Part shown: in pieces, positions 50,121 to 59,908 of the stretch
How positions within the stretch are numbered: position 1 is the stretch's first letter
Layout: the number at the start of each line of letters is the position of its first letter
Assembly: GCA_963790025.1 (NCBI GenBank)
Contig: CAWBMP010000004.1
Span: 672,001 to 736,000, forward strand
Length of the DNA: 64,000 nucleotides
From: Nitrospirota bacterium
GTDB lineage: Bacteria; Nitrospirota; Thermodesulfovibrionia; Thermodesulfovibrionales; Dissulfurispiraceae
Direction: 5' to 3'
The notes under the pieces: generated by a model
Told to the model about the DNA's origin: nothing
The model's input: only the letters and a program-made list of their open reading frames with translations
The model's database searches: none
Program-made: the position numbers and the translations under genes

Positions 50121-50749
50121 ATATTCCGTTGTCCTATAATAGTTTCGCCGGCTTTGACGGAATCACCGGTCTTTACTTTGATTACAGTGTCTTCCGGCAG
50201 ATAGACATCGAGCCGGGAACTGAATTTTATAATTCCATAACGCTGGCCCTTCTTGAGTATATCTCCCTGCCGGGCACGGCAGACTACACGCCGTGCAACA
50301 GCACCTGCTACCTGGCGAACAAGTATACTGCCGCTGCTTCCCTTTAGCAGCATTGCGATGTTTTCGTTGAGGATGGATGCCTCCGGTTTGAATGCCGACA
50401 GAAAGGCGCCAGGAGTATATACAACGGACTCTACCACCCCGTCACAAGGCGCTCTGTTGACGTGCACATTGAGAGGCGACATGAAGATACTTATCTCTAC
50501 AGCTCTGCCTTTCAGGTATTTCTCCTCTGTGACCGTCTGCACTTGTAATATCCGCCCGTCCGCAGGCGATACGAAGATGTTATCGCCCTCCGGCACCTTA
50601 CGTTCAGGGTCCCTGAAAAAGTATGCAACGAAAAGTGTGAGGACCAGGGGAAGAGCAGCTGCCCATACCCACCCGGAAATAAAAGCTGCGCCGGTTACGG
50701 CAGCGGTAAGAGCAATAAACGGATACCCTTCCGGTGCAAACTTGATCAT
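50117..50749 (-). CDS. psd: Phosphatidylserine decarboxylase
   Basis: FFRDPER, SPADG, IFMSPLNVHVNR, IKFSSR. Confidence 0.93.
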   Translation of the reverse strand: MIKFAPEGYPFIALTAAVTGAAFISGWVWAAALPLVLTLFVAYFFRDPERKVPEGDNIFVSPADGRILQVQTVTEEKYLKGRAVEISIFMSPLNVHVNRAPCDGVVESVVYTPGAFLSAFKPEASILNENIAMLLKGSSGSILVRQVAGAVARRVVCRARQGDILKKGQRYGIIKFSSRLDVYLPEDTVIKVKTGDSVKAGETIIGQRNI

Positions 50750-50776
50750 TATTCCCTCACGCCTTTGACCAGTCCA

Positions 50777-51784
<1,008 letters not shown>

Positions 51785-52008
51785 TTATGTTCAATTTTAT
51801 CAATCAGTTTATACATTAAGGATTATAACACAAAAAATTTATACGTAACGGAGAGTGACAATCAGCAACCAACAGATGAAACAGCTCACATATCGGGTTG
51901 ATTTTTACAGATTCAGGAACATCGAACAAAAAAACTGCACATGACTTTTGTCATGCCGGTTTGCCCGGCACATTTAAAAAAAAGGTTGACGTGGCCCGAC
52001 GCGGAGAC

Positions 52009-52158
52009 TCACTCCGGACCCTGAGAATCCGAGCCGCCTTTCTCATCCGTTGTCGAATCCTTTTTGAAACGCTTCTGTCTTTTCTCTTCCTGTTTTTTCA
52101 ACTTCACTAATTCTTTTTTTCTTTTCTCACTCTTATATGTAACGCCTTTTCTCGCCAA
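52009..52158 (-). CDS. 49-aa basic small protein (below the ORF-track cutoff)
   Basis: AAGGGGGG RBS, TTG start: MARKGVTYKSEKRKKELVKLKKQEEKRQKRFKKDSTTDEKGGSDSQGPE; hairpins plus T-tract downstream (51928-51972). Confidence 0.65.
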   Translation of the reverse strand: MARKGVTYKSEKRKKELVKLKKQEEKRQKRFKKDSTTDEKGGSDSQGPE

Positions 52159-52183
52159 AGCTTTCCCCCCTTACGTTCTTTAA

Positions 52184-52274
52184 TAGCCGGTAGTAAGCAG
52201 TATGCAGCCAAGGGGTGCAAGAGAATTTATTTTATAGTTTTTTCCCCTTACTATTAACTACTTCCTTCTGGCTA
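52184..52274. repeat. Degenerate inverted heptamer repeat hairpin
   Basis: tagccgg tagtaag cagtatg ... cttacta ttaacta cttcctt ctggcta. Confidence 0.6.
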
Positions 52275-52308
52275 CGATACCGATTATTATAGCAGATGCA
52301 ACGCCCAT

Positions 52309-52725
52309 TTATGTTATCGCCGCTTTGCTATCAATAAGAGCAGTTATTTTTTCCGTATTTATATATATATGAGCATACCCGTTAAATATCCCGCCGGCGG
52401 CAACAGATAGTCTTCGGGAGTCAATGTCTCCTTCAATTCGTCCAGTGCGTTTTACCTCGACCAACTCATCGGCACTGATGTCCCCTTCTACCGTTCCCCC
52501 TATTATTACCTGCCTTGACTGCATATCTCCTCTCATATAAGCCTTTTCCAGGATTATGATATGGTTTGCAACCACATTACCAATATGCCTTCCTTCGATC
52601 TTTACTGTCCCGGCTGCATGAATGCTGCCTTTTGATTCCGAACCGGCGCCGATCAGCACTTCAAAACTGTCTGTCTTCCTGAAGAAACCCCTGATTGTTT
52701 CTATGAGAAATTTCAGCAATCTCAT
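52309..52725 (-). CDS. Bactofilin (polymer-forming cytoskeletal protein)
   Basis: LIGAG...G.I...GTVKIEG...GTVEGDI...GRIEGDI...GGIFNG. Confidence 0.88.
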   Translation of the reverse strand: MRLLKFLIETIRGFFRKTDSFEVLIGAGSESKGSIHAAGTVKIEGRHIGNVVANHIIILEKAYMRGDMQSRQVIIGGTVEGDISADELVEVKRTGRIEGDIDSRRLSVAAGGIFNGYAHIYINTEKITALIDSKAAIT

Positions 52726-52978
52726 TAGCTCACTCCCTTAGTATTTGCCCATGATACGTCGCCACTTAATGTTCTTACTGAGCATTCACTATACAAAAAG
52801 ACTGTTACAGGAATATTAATATTTTGTTAAACTTTTCAATCGCCCCTGTACCTGCTAAGCGCAATCAAATACATTCTATCAAAACACGCAGTTGTAGGGC
52901 AGCTATTACGTGAACCGCATAAGGCAGGCTGTATTAAGCAGACAGCTAATTTTGTTCATAAAGACAAGGGGATACCCG

Positions 52979-53203
52979 TTAAACGGATTTTTTTTCTGCC
53001 TGAAGCTCCTCGGCCTTTTTATTTTCGGCTGTTTTATTCTCAATCATCGGCTGCTTCTCGGCATCGGATAAAGCCTTTTTAAATTCCCGAATGCTTTTCC
53101 CCAGACCGGCACCGAGTTCGGGAAGTTTGCCCGGGCCAAAAACGACCAGCGCTATAACCAGGATAATCAGCAAATGCATAGGTTGAAATAATCCTTCAAA
53201 CAT
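52979..53203 (-). CDS. tatA: Twin-arginine translocase TatA/E
   Basis: HLLIILVIALVVFGPGKLPELGAGLGKSIREFKKA. Confidence 0.95.
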   Translation of the reverse strand: MFEGLFQPMHLLIILVIALVVFGPGKLPELGAGLGKSIREFKKALSDAEKQPMIENKTAENKKAEELQAEKKSV

Positions 53204-53317
53204 TGTGTTATCCTCCTTTTTTATTATTATGCGTACAATTATTCTATAACGCCGCCATAACAATCGTCAAATACTATTTTAATATCATTATGGGCTTGTA
53301 AATTTTTCCTATAATAA

Positions 53318-54109
53318 TCAAGGCCCATTTTCTGCATGCCTCATGATCCATACAGTACCGAACTCACCGTCCTGGTAGGCACGTCCAAGCCCTAGCCGCA
53401 GGATTTCGAGTACAGCCAGGAAGGTGACAATAATCTGGACGCGTGACTCGACTCCGCTGAAAAGCGAGTCAAAGCGTGTAGTATGTTCCGTCTCCATTCT
53501 TTCCAGGATGAATGCAATTTTATCCTTTACAGTCAATGTTTCCCGCGATATGCTCATGGCCTCAGGCGGGGCCTTTTTCAGAATTTTTTGCAGCGCGCCC
53601 ATGAGGTCGAACATATTTACTTCGAAAAGTAAGGGTTCATGTTCGACGCTCATATCGTCAGTATTTAAAGGCTCCCGTGAAAAGGAGTTTATCCAGATGC
53701 TTTCCCTCTCCCTCAAGGTAGCGGATGCCTCCTTGAATGCCTGGTACTCAAGAAGCTTCTGCACAAGACCGGCCCTCGGGTCTTCACTCTCTTCCAACTC
53801 GATCGTCTCATCAGGCGGCAGCAGCATCCTTGATTTGATATAGATGAGTGTTGCAGCCATGACCAGGAATTCAGAAGCAATCTCCAGGTTAAGTTCTTTC
53901 ATGATTTCGAGGTATTCGAGGTATTGACCGGTTATCCGGGCTATAGGGATATCATAAATGTCAATCTTGTCATGCTTGATCAGATGAAGGAGAAGATCGA
54001 GAGGCCCCTCAAAAACGGCCACTTTCACACTATATTTATTTGCCGGCGCCGCTGTTTCCAGCGTACCCTGATTATCGGCAGATGCGTTGTCAGATGCTTG
54101 ATCGATCAT
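53318..54109 (-). CDS. scpA: Segregation and condensation protein A
   Basis: FEGPLDLLLHLI, EFLVMAATL.IKSRMLLP, TFLAVLE. Confidence 0.95.
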   Translation of the reverse strand: MIDQASDNASADNQGTLETAAPANKYSVKVAVFEGPLDLLLHLIKHDKIDIYDIPIARITGQYLEYLEIMKELNLEIASEFLVMAATLIYIKSRMLLPPDETIELEESEDPRAGLVQKLLEYQAFKEASATLRERESIWINSFSREPLNTDDMSVEHEPLLFEVNMFDLMGALQKILKKAPPEAMSISRETLTVKDKIAFILERMETEHTTRFDSLFSGVESRVQIIVTFLAVLEILRLGLGRAYQDGEFGTVWIMRHAENGP

Positions 54110-54125
54110 GTACTTGCGCTAAGAA

Positions 54126-54300
54126 GAAAGAACGAGGCATGTCCATTTTTCAGCAAAATAGCACGGGTCTACTGTAGCAGGGCCGAGTAACGCCGAGGCC
54201 CAACCCTGTGAGTCCGACAACCTGTAGCCACAGTTTAAAGACCCGGTCTGGAACGAAAGTAGTTTTATTTTGTTGAAAAATGGACATGCCTCGTTCTTTC
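54126..54300 (+). other. Structured element, copy 1 (35-bp arms around a 105-nt core)
   Basis: Arms 54126-54160 and 54266-54300 pair at 34/35 positions plus one G-U; core homologous to copy 2. Confidence 0.8.
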
Positions 54301-54324
54301 ATAAATTGTGCAACTTTTATGCAT

Positions 54325-54494
54325 AGGATATGGTATATATTCATTTTCGATAAAATAAAACTACTTTAGTGCAAAACATAAATTTTAGACTGTAGACATA
54401 ATCACAGGAATCACAGCGCTGGGGCTCGGCGTTACTCACCCCTGTTACAGTAGACCCGTGTTATTTTACCGAAAATAAATATATACCATATCCT
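54325..54494 (-). other. Structured element, copy 2 (33-bp arms around a 104-nt core), inverted relative to copy 1
   Basis: Arms 54325-54357 and 54462-54494 pair at 31/33 positions plus two G-U on the minus strand. Confidence 0.8.
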
Positions 54495-54508
54495 TACAAT
54501 CACTCAGC

Positions 54509-55417
54509 CTACGGGATAACCTTGTTCAAAGGGTATTCAACGATGCCGGAAGCTCCTGCACTCTTGAGCTTGGGGATAATATCCCGCACCGTCTTCTCAT
54601 CGATTACAACATCGATGGCGTACCAGCCGGTATCTGAAAGGCATGAAACCGTAGGTGAGTGCATGGCCGCAAGCAGGCTCAATACCTTTTTAAAGGACTT
54701 TTCAGGCACGTTCATTTTCAGTCCGACCTTTTCTTCGGCTGCGAGAGCCCCTTGTAAAAGGAGGGCTATGTTCTCCATTTTGTGCCGCTTCCATTTGTCC
54801 TGCCAGGCCTTTTTATTGGCAATAAATCTGGTAGTCGATTCGATCATGGTTTCGACAATTCTAAGATTGTTCGCTCTAAGTGAAGTGCCGGTCTCCGTAA
54901 GCTCTACGATGGCGTCAGCCAACTGGGGAGGTTTCACCTCGGTCGCGCCCCACGAAAAGTCCACTACCGCACTGATTCCCCTTGATTTCAGATACCGCTT
55001 TGTATAGCCGACCAATTCGGTGGCAACACGCTTTCCATTTAGGTCTTTTATGGTCTTTATCTTTGAATCCACCGGAACGGCAATTACCCAGCGCACAGGT
55101 CTGAACCCTTCTTTTCCGTACAACAGTTCGGACACCTCAACAACATCGGCATTCTGCTCGAGCACCCAGTCGCGTCCCGTCAGACCACCGTCCAGGTGGC
55201 CGTCCGCGACGTAGCGCGCCATCTCCTGCGCCCTTATGAGCATGGAGGTTATCTCAAGGTCGTCGAAAACAGGATAATAAGAGCGGGAGGAAACGGTGAT
55301 ATGGTACCCAGCCTTTCTGAAAAGTTTGAGTGTCGCTTCCTGGAGGCTGCCCTTGGGGAGCCCCAGATTCAAAAGATGCTTCTTGTTATTCGTTTTCATT
55401 TTCTTCATTTTCCCCAT
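54509..55417 (-). CDS. hisG: ATP phosphoribosyltransferase, long form (start may be a few codons downstream)
   Basis: [29 protein letters not shown]-terminal regulatory domain. Confidence 0.96.
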   Translation of the reverse strand: MGKMKKMKTNNKKHLLNLGLPKGSLQEATLKLFRKAGYHITVSSRSYYPVFDDLEITSMLIRAQEMARYVADGHLDGGLTGRDWVLEQNADVVEVSELLYGKEGFRPVRWVIAVPVDSKIKTIKDLNGKRVATELVGYTKRYLKSRGISAVVDFSWGATEVKPPQLADAIVELTETGTSLRANNLRIVETMIESTTRFIANKKAWQDKWKRHKMENIALLLQGALAAEEKVGLKMNVPEKSFKKVLSLLAAMHSPTVSCLSDTGWYAIDVVIDEKTVRDIIPKLKSAGASGIVEYPLNKVIP

Positions 55418-55512
55418 TTTTTTTGAGTACTTTAAGTGAATTAATTATTGTAAAGCTTTGTGCCGGACGTGTCAAATCAGCAAGCACATCATCATGCTAT
55501 ACTATTTTGAAT

Positions 55513-56598
55513 ATGACGGGACCACGCCTCTCCATTAAAGAAAATTACCCACTCAGGGAATTGACCACATTTAAAATCGGTGGTCCTGCCAGGTATTTCA
55601 CAGAAGTCGCTAATGAGAACGAAATCCTGGAGGCCCTGGCATTCGCAAAAGGCCGCAATCTCGAACTATTCGTGCTCGGCAGCGGCAGCAACCTTCTAAT
55701 AAGTGACGCTGGGTTCCCCGGCCTTGTTATCCATAATAAGATAACGGGGTTGGAAAGCCGTGTGGAGGCTGGCAGCGCAATTGTAGTTGCCAATGCAGGG
55801 CACGATTGGGATGACTTCACTAAATTCTGCGCTGAACGTGACTGGCAAGGTGTCGAATGCCTTTCAGGCATTCCCGGCACTGTCGGAGCTGCGCCGGTCC
55901 AGAACATCGGCGCTTACGGTCAGAGTGCGGAAAGCGTTATCACAGAAGTACGGGTAATAGATATAAACACAGGCATTTCAGCTATATTCGATAACCCGAA
56001 ATGCGCATTCGGTTACCGGAAGAGCCTGTTCAATACAGATGCATTGGGACGATATATCATCACCAGCGTTGCCTTCAGACTCGCTGTATCGGGGCACCCA
56101 CTTATTTCGTACCGTGACCTGAAACAGCAATTTCCGGCAGCGACAAACATTACCCCCGCCCATGTTAGAGCTGCTGTGCTCTCATTAAGAAACGAGAAAG
56201 GCCTGCTCGTCATCGAGGGATACCAACACCTTAACAGCGCAGGCTCTTTTTTTAAAAACCCTGTGGTTTCACACCTTCAATTTGAATCCACTGAGAAAGC
56301 AGTGCGGGAAATGGGCGGATGCACAAACTGGTATTGGCCCCAGGCTTCTGGAGAGGTGAAGGTGTCCGCCGCATGCATGATTCAGACAGCGGGCTTTGTT
56401 AGAGGGCATCGTCAGGGCAATGTCGGCATATCGCCCCGACATGCGCTTGCCCTGGTAAATTATGGGAATGCGACTGCCTGCGAGATTATAGCCTTTGCAA
56501 AACAGGTGCAAGAGAAGGTAAAGGAAAAGTTCGGCGTTACACTCAAGCCCGAGGTGCAGCGCGTAGGAGTATTGCCGCCATTGTTGGAAGAAGATTAA
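55513..56598 (+). CDS. murB: UDP-N-acetylenolpyruvoylglucosamine reductase
   Basis: TTFKIGGPA, GSGSNL, GIPGTVGAAPVQNIGAYG, SAGSFFKNP, HALALVN. Confidence 0.95.
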   Translation: MTGPRLSIKENYPLRELTTFKIGGPARYFTEVANENEILEALAFAKGRNLELFVLGSGSNLLISDAGFPGLVIHNKITGLESRVEAGSAIVVANAGHDWDDFTKFCAERDWQGVECLSGIPGTVGAAPVQNIGAYGQSAESVITEVRVIDINTGISAIFDNPKCAFGYRKSLFNTDALGRYIITSVAFRLAVSGHPLISYRDLKQQFPAATNITPAHVRAAVLSLRNEKGLLVIEGYQHLNSAGSFFKNPVVSHLQFESTEKAVREMGGCTNWYWPQASGEVKVSAACMIQTAGFVRGHRQGNVGISPRHALALVNYGNATACEIIAFAKQVQEKVKEKFGVTLKPEVQRVGVLPPLLEED

Positions 56599-56800
56599 TA
56601 ATGACATTAATAATACTTATAACTCTCATAAGTGCTAAATGGACTTAGTTATTAGCAGTATGTTATATTGAAATATTTATCAGATAAATTCTTATAGATC
56701 GATATGCCGCAGTGGCCGTCCTTAGTTGGGCGATGTTCCCGGTTCAGATCATAGAAGCTATTCGATTTATAAGAAAAAAATATCTCCGAGGAGGCGAGTA

Positions 56801-57667
56801 ATGTATAAAATTTTGGAGAAACAGGTCTTGAGTGATGTCATTAAACTCATGGTCATTGAAGCTCCCCATGTCGCAAAAAGGGCAAAAGCCGGCCAATTTA
56901 CAATTGTGATCATTGATGAGCGAGGAGAGCGAATCCCTCTGACCATAGCTGATTATGACTCGAAGGCAGGCACAATTACTATTATCTTTCAGGAAGTTGG
57001 TCAGTCGACAATGCATTTGGGGACACTCAATGTTGGAGACTCTATTCTCTCATTTGCCGGCCCCCTCGGTCATCCTACCGAAATAGAGAATTTTGGCACC
57101 GTGGTCTGCGTCGGCGGGGGCGTGGGCATTGCTCCTATCTATCCCATTGCCCGTTCACTCAAGGAAGCGGGCAATAAAGTTATTTCAATAATAGGCGCGC
57201 GGTCCAAGGACTTGCTGTTCTGGGAGGACAAGATGCGCGCTGTGTCCGATGTGTTGCATGTTTGTACAGACGACGGTTCCCATGGCCGGAAAGCCCTCGT
57301 CACTGATCCTCTCAAAGAACTTCTTGAATCAAAAACAGATAAAATCGCAAAAGTATGGGCCATAGGCCCTGGAATTATGATGAAATTCGTATCATTAACC
57401 ACGAAACCTTTTAATGTCCCTACAATAGTCAGTTTGAATACGATAATGATAGACGGTACCGGGATGTGCGGCGGATGCAGAGTGAACCTCGATGATGGAG
57501 CTAAGTTCGTCTGCGTCGACGGCCCTGAATTCGACGGCCATAAGGTAGACTGGAATGGTCTTATGTCCCGGCTTTCTTACTATCGTGAAGAAGAGAAGGC
57601 AGCGGTGGAACACTGGAAGGGGCACAAATGCAAGCTCGATAAAGCAATCGCAGAGGGAGGGAAATAG
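56801..57667 (+). CDS. nfnA: Electron-bifurcating transhydrogenase small subunit (NfnA/SudB-like)
   Basis: GERIPLTI, GGGVG, MIDGTGMCGGCRV, CVDGPEFDGH. Confidence 0.9.
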   Translation: MYKILEKQVLSDVIKLMVIEAPHVAKRAKAGQFTIVIIDERGERIPLTIADYDSKAGTITIIFQEVGQSTMHLGTLNVGDSILSFAGPLGHPTEIENFGTVVCVGGGVGIAPIYPIARSLKEAGNKVISIIGARSKDLLFWEDKMRAVSDVLHVCTDDGSHGRKALVTDPLKELLESKTDKIAKVWAIGPGIMMKFVSLTTKPFNVPTIVSLNTIMIDGTGMCGGCRVNLDDGAKFVCVDGPEFDGHKVDWNGLMSRLSYYREEEKAAVEHWKGHKCKLDKAIAEGGK

Positions 57668-59116
57668 ATGGCTAAATTAGAACCAAAAGAGAGAATGAAA
57701 ATACCTCGGCAGCCCATGCCTGAACAGGACCCGAAAATCCGTAATGCCAATTTCGACGAAGTGGCACTGGGTTACGACGAAACCACCGTTCGCAGGGAAG
57801 CTGAACGCTGCCTGCAATGCAAGAAGCCGGGTTGTACGGTGGGATGTCCTGTCGGCGTGCGCATTCCCGAGTTTATACTTGCATTACGCGAGGGTAACTA
57901 TCCCAAGGCTGTCGAAGAAATGAAAGTAAAAAATAACCTGCCAGCAATATGTGGAAGGGTCTGCCCTCAGGAAGTGCAGTGCGAGGGTAAGTGCATTTTG
58001 ACCAAAAAGGGCCAGGCTGTTGCCATAGGCCGCCTTGAGCGTTTCGTGGGCGATTACGAGCTTGCCCATCGCACCTGTCCGTTGACTGCAGCTCCTGTAA
58101 CCGGCAAGAAAATCGCTGTTGTCGGCACGGGACCCGCAGGATTGACCGCCGCAGTAGACCTGGCAAGAGAGGGGCATAAAGTCACCATGTTCGAGTCTCT
58201 TCATGGCCCGGGCGGCGTGCTGGTTTATGGCATCCCGGAGTTCAGACTTCCGAAAAAGGTTGTTTTCGGAGAGATCAACTATGCGGTGGAATGTCTCGGC
58301 ATCGACGTCAGGAACGATCACGTTGTGGGCCGTTCCATTTCACTGAATGAATTGCTTGCAGAGTACGACGCCGTGTTCCTTGGAAGCGGAGCGGGCTTGC
58401 CTTCTTTTATGCGCATCCCCGGAATAAACCTTAACGGCGTGATGTCTGCGAATGAGTTTCTCACCCGTGTAAATCTTATGAAAGGATACCTCTTTCCTGA
58501 ATACAGCACGCCTGTTAAAATCGGTAAAAAGGTGGCTGTTGTCGGAGGCGGCAATGTAGCCATGGATGCAGCACGATGCAGTAAACGCATCATGGCTGTA
58601 CAGGCAAAGCAGACCGGCACAGAACCGGGCGAGGTACACATTGTATACCGCAGGTCTAAAGACGAAGTGCCTGCCCGTGCAGAAGAATTTCATCATGCAA
58701 TAGAGGAAGGCATCATATGCGACCTCCTCACCAACCCGGTGGAGATAATAGGAGATGAGACCGGTAAGGTATCAAAGATACGTTGCATACGCATGGAACT
58801 TGGCGAGCCTGACGCGAGCGGCAGGCGCAAGCCGGTCGCTATCCCGGGCTCGGAGTTCGAGATGGAAATGGATACAGTAATCTTTGCGCTCGGCACCAGT
58901 CCCAACCCTATCGTGTTCGTTGATGCCGACGGCCTCGAAAGGACCAAGCATGGCACAGCAGTCGCTGACCTTGAAACAGGCAGGACGCTGAAGCAGCGCG
59001 TATGGGCCGGCGGAGATGTCGTCACCGGAGCAGCGACAGTCATCAGCGCAATGGGAGCAGGTAAAAGGGCCGCAGCAGATATGAGTAAGTATTTGAAAGG
59101 CGAGGCCCCCTGGTAA
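57668..59116 (+). CDS. nfnB: Transhydrogenase large subunit (NfnB/SudA, GltD-like)
   Basis: RCLQCKKP.C..GCPV, CGRVCPQE, YGIPEFRLP, GGGNVAMD, GGDVVTGAATV; directly after nfnA. Confidence 0.9.
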   Translation: MAKLEPKERMKIPRQPMPEQDPKIRNANFDEVALGYDETTVRREAERCLQCKKPGCTVGCPVGVRIPEFILALREGNYPKAVEEMKVKNNLPAICGRVCPQEVQCEGKCILTKKGQAVAIGRLERFVGDYELAHRTCPLTAAPVTGKKIAVVGTGPAGLTAAVDLAREGHKVTMFESLHGPGGVLVYGIPEFRLPKKVVFGEINYAVECLGIDVRNDHVVGRSISLNELLAEYDAVFLGSGAGLPSFMRIPGINLNGVMSANEFLTRVNLMKGYLFPEYSTPVKIGKKVAVVGGGNVAMDAARCSKRIMAVQAKQTGTEPGEVHIVYRRSKDEVPARAEEFHHAIEEGIICDLLTNPVEIIGDETGKVSKIRCIRMELGEPDASGRRKPVAIPGSEFEMEMDTVIFALGTSPNPIVFVDADGLERTKHGTAVADLETGRTLKQRVWAGGDVVTGAATVISAMGAGKRAAADMSKYLKGEAPW

Positions 59117-59146
59117 ACAACAAAGACTTCATTTAAACAATAAAAA

Positions 59147-59186
59147 TAAAACCCCTGCCCGATTAACGGCGGGGGTTTTTATTTTT
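59147..59186 (+). terminator. Intrinsic terminator
   Basis: aaaacccctgcc-cgattaac-ggcgggggttttt. Confidence 0.8.
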
Positions 59187-59341
59187 GCAAAATACTGCAT
59201 GCAAAAAATAGCTTCACTATTGCAAATTATTGCAATTAGACTTGTACAAGAGGTGCAAAATATAAAAAAATAGCCAATATCAGTATAGTATTAATTTGGC
59301 ATAAAATGTGAAGTATAACTGTTAACAAGAAGGATTTATAG

Positions 59342-59449
59342 ATGACTGGATCTTTTTCGGCAAGCTCCCGGTTTAGAATTGCATTAATGGAAGAAAAACC
59401 GTTGCAGGTAGTCGGAGCTATCAACGCTTATGAGGCAAGATTGGCATAA
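59342..59449 (+). pseudogene. prpB: N-terminal remnant of methylisocitrate lyase
   Basis: [43 protein letters not shown] matches the PrpB N-terminus pattern. Confidence 0.8.
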
Positions 59450-59710
59450 CGTATTGGCCGCTGATCGTACTGAAAAAGTAATGAAAAGAGAGAAGAACAT
59501 ATTTTCCAACCTTGACTGGTACTCCTCTGTTACGTATCATATCTTGGGTGTGCCTGCTTCTCTCTTCACCCCCATCTTCGTTATTTCACGTACAACCGGA
59601 TGGGGAGCGCACGTTATCGAACAGTGGAGGACAACAAGCTCATCAGGTTTTCCGCAAATTACCTGGGGCCTGAAGACCGGGAATACGTCTGGACTGAGGC
59701 AAGGAAGTAA
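59450..59710 (+). pseudogene. prpC: Frameshifted C-terminal remnant of 2-methylcitrate synthase
   Basis: [12 protein letters not shown]...[21 protein letters not shown], then in a shifted frame [19 protein letters not shown]. Confidence 0.85.
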
Positions 59711-59726
59711 ATGGAATAGAACAGAC

Positions 59727-59879
59727 CACAGAGGCACAGAGACGCAGAGGATTTTTAAATGCTGAAAAGATTAAAACAAACGAAGGGTTGTCATTCCCGC
59801 CAGCGGCTGGAATTTATTTGGTTTTTGCAAGGTGTAATACTATGATTTTGTCTTTTCTCTGTGTCTCTGTGCCTCTGTG
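59727..59879. repeat. Octamer-based inverted repeat (CACAGAGR / YCTCTGTG)
   Basis: cacagaggcacagagacgcagag / ctctgtgtctctgtgcctctgtg, 22/23 complementary. Confidence 0.85.
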
Positions 59880-59908
59880 TTTATATTCTTATAATAGGGG
59901 AAAAAACT

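Noticed and set aside
53318..54109. scpA without adjacent scpB, and leuC without leuD, as anomalies
   Set aside because: Split arrangements are common and the partners may lie outside the window
54200..54262. Hammerhead ribozyme (CTGTGAGTCC...CGAAA)
   Set aside because: It lacks the full CUGANGA core, and copy 2 does not keep GAAA
54430..54442. 16S rRNA fragment (GGGTGAGTAACGC on the minus strand)
   Set aside because: Only about 13 nt match and the flanks are not rRNA-like
54126..54494. Firm call as retron ncRNA or 6S RNA
   Set aside because: No reverse transcriptase is nearby, the candidate branching G in copy 1 is A in copy 2, and I could not verify 6S consensus features; kept as hypotheses only
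56660..56685. Rex operator upstream of nfnAB
   Set aside because: ATTGAAATATTTATCA is only a partial match to TTGTGAA-N4-TTCACAA
59430..59765. 111-aa intact CDS from the ORF track
   Set aside because: It is a chimera of the prpC remnant, frameshifted sequence and the octamer repeat (HRGTETQR)
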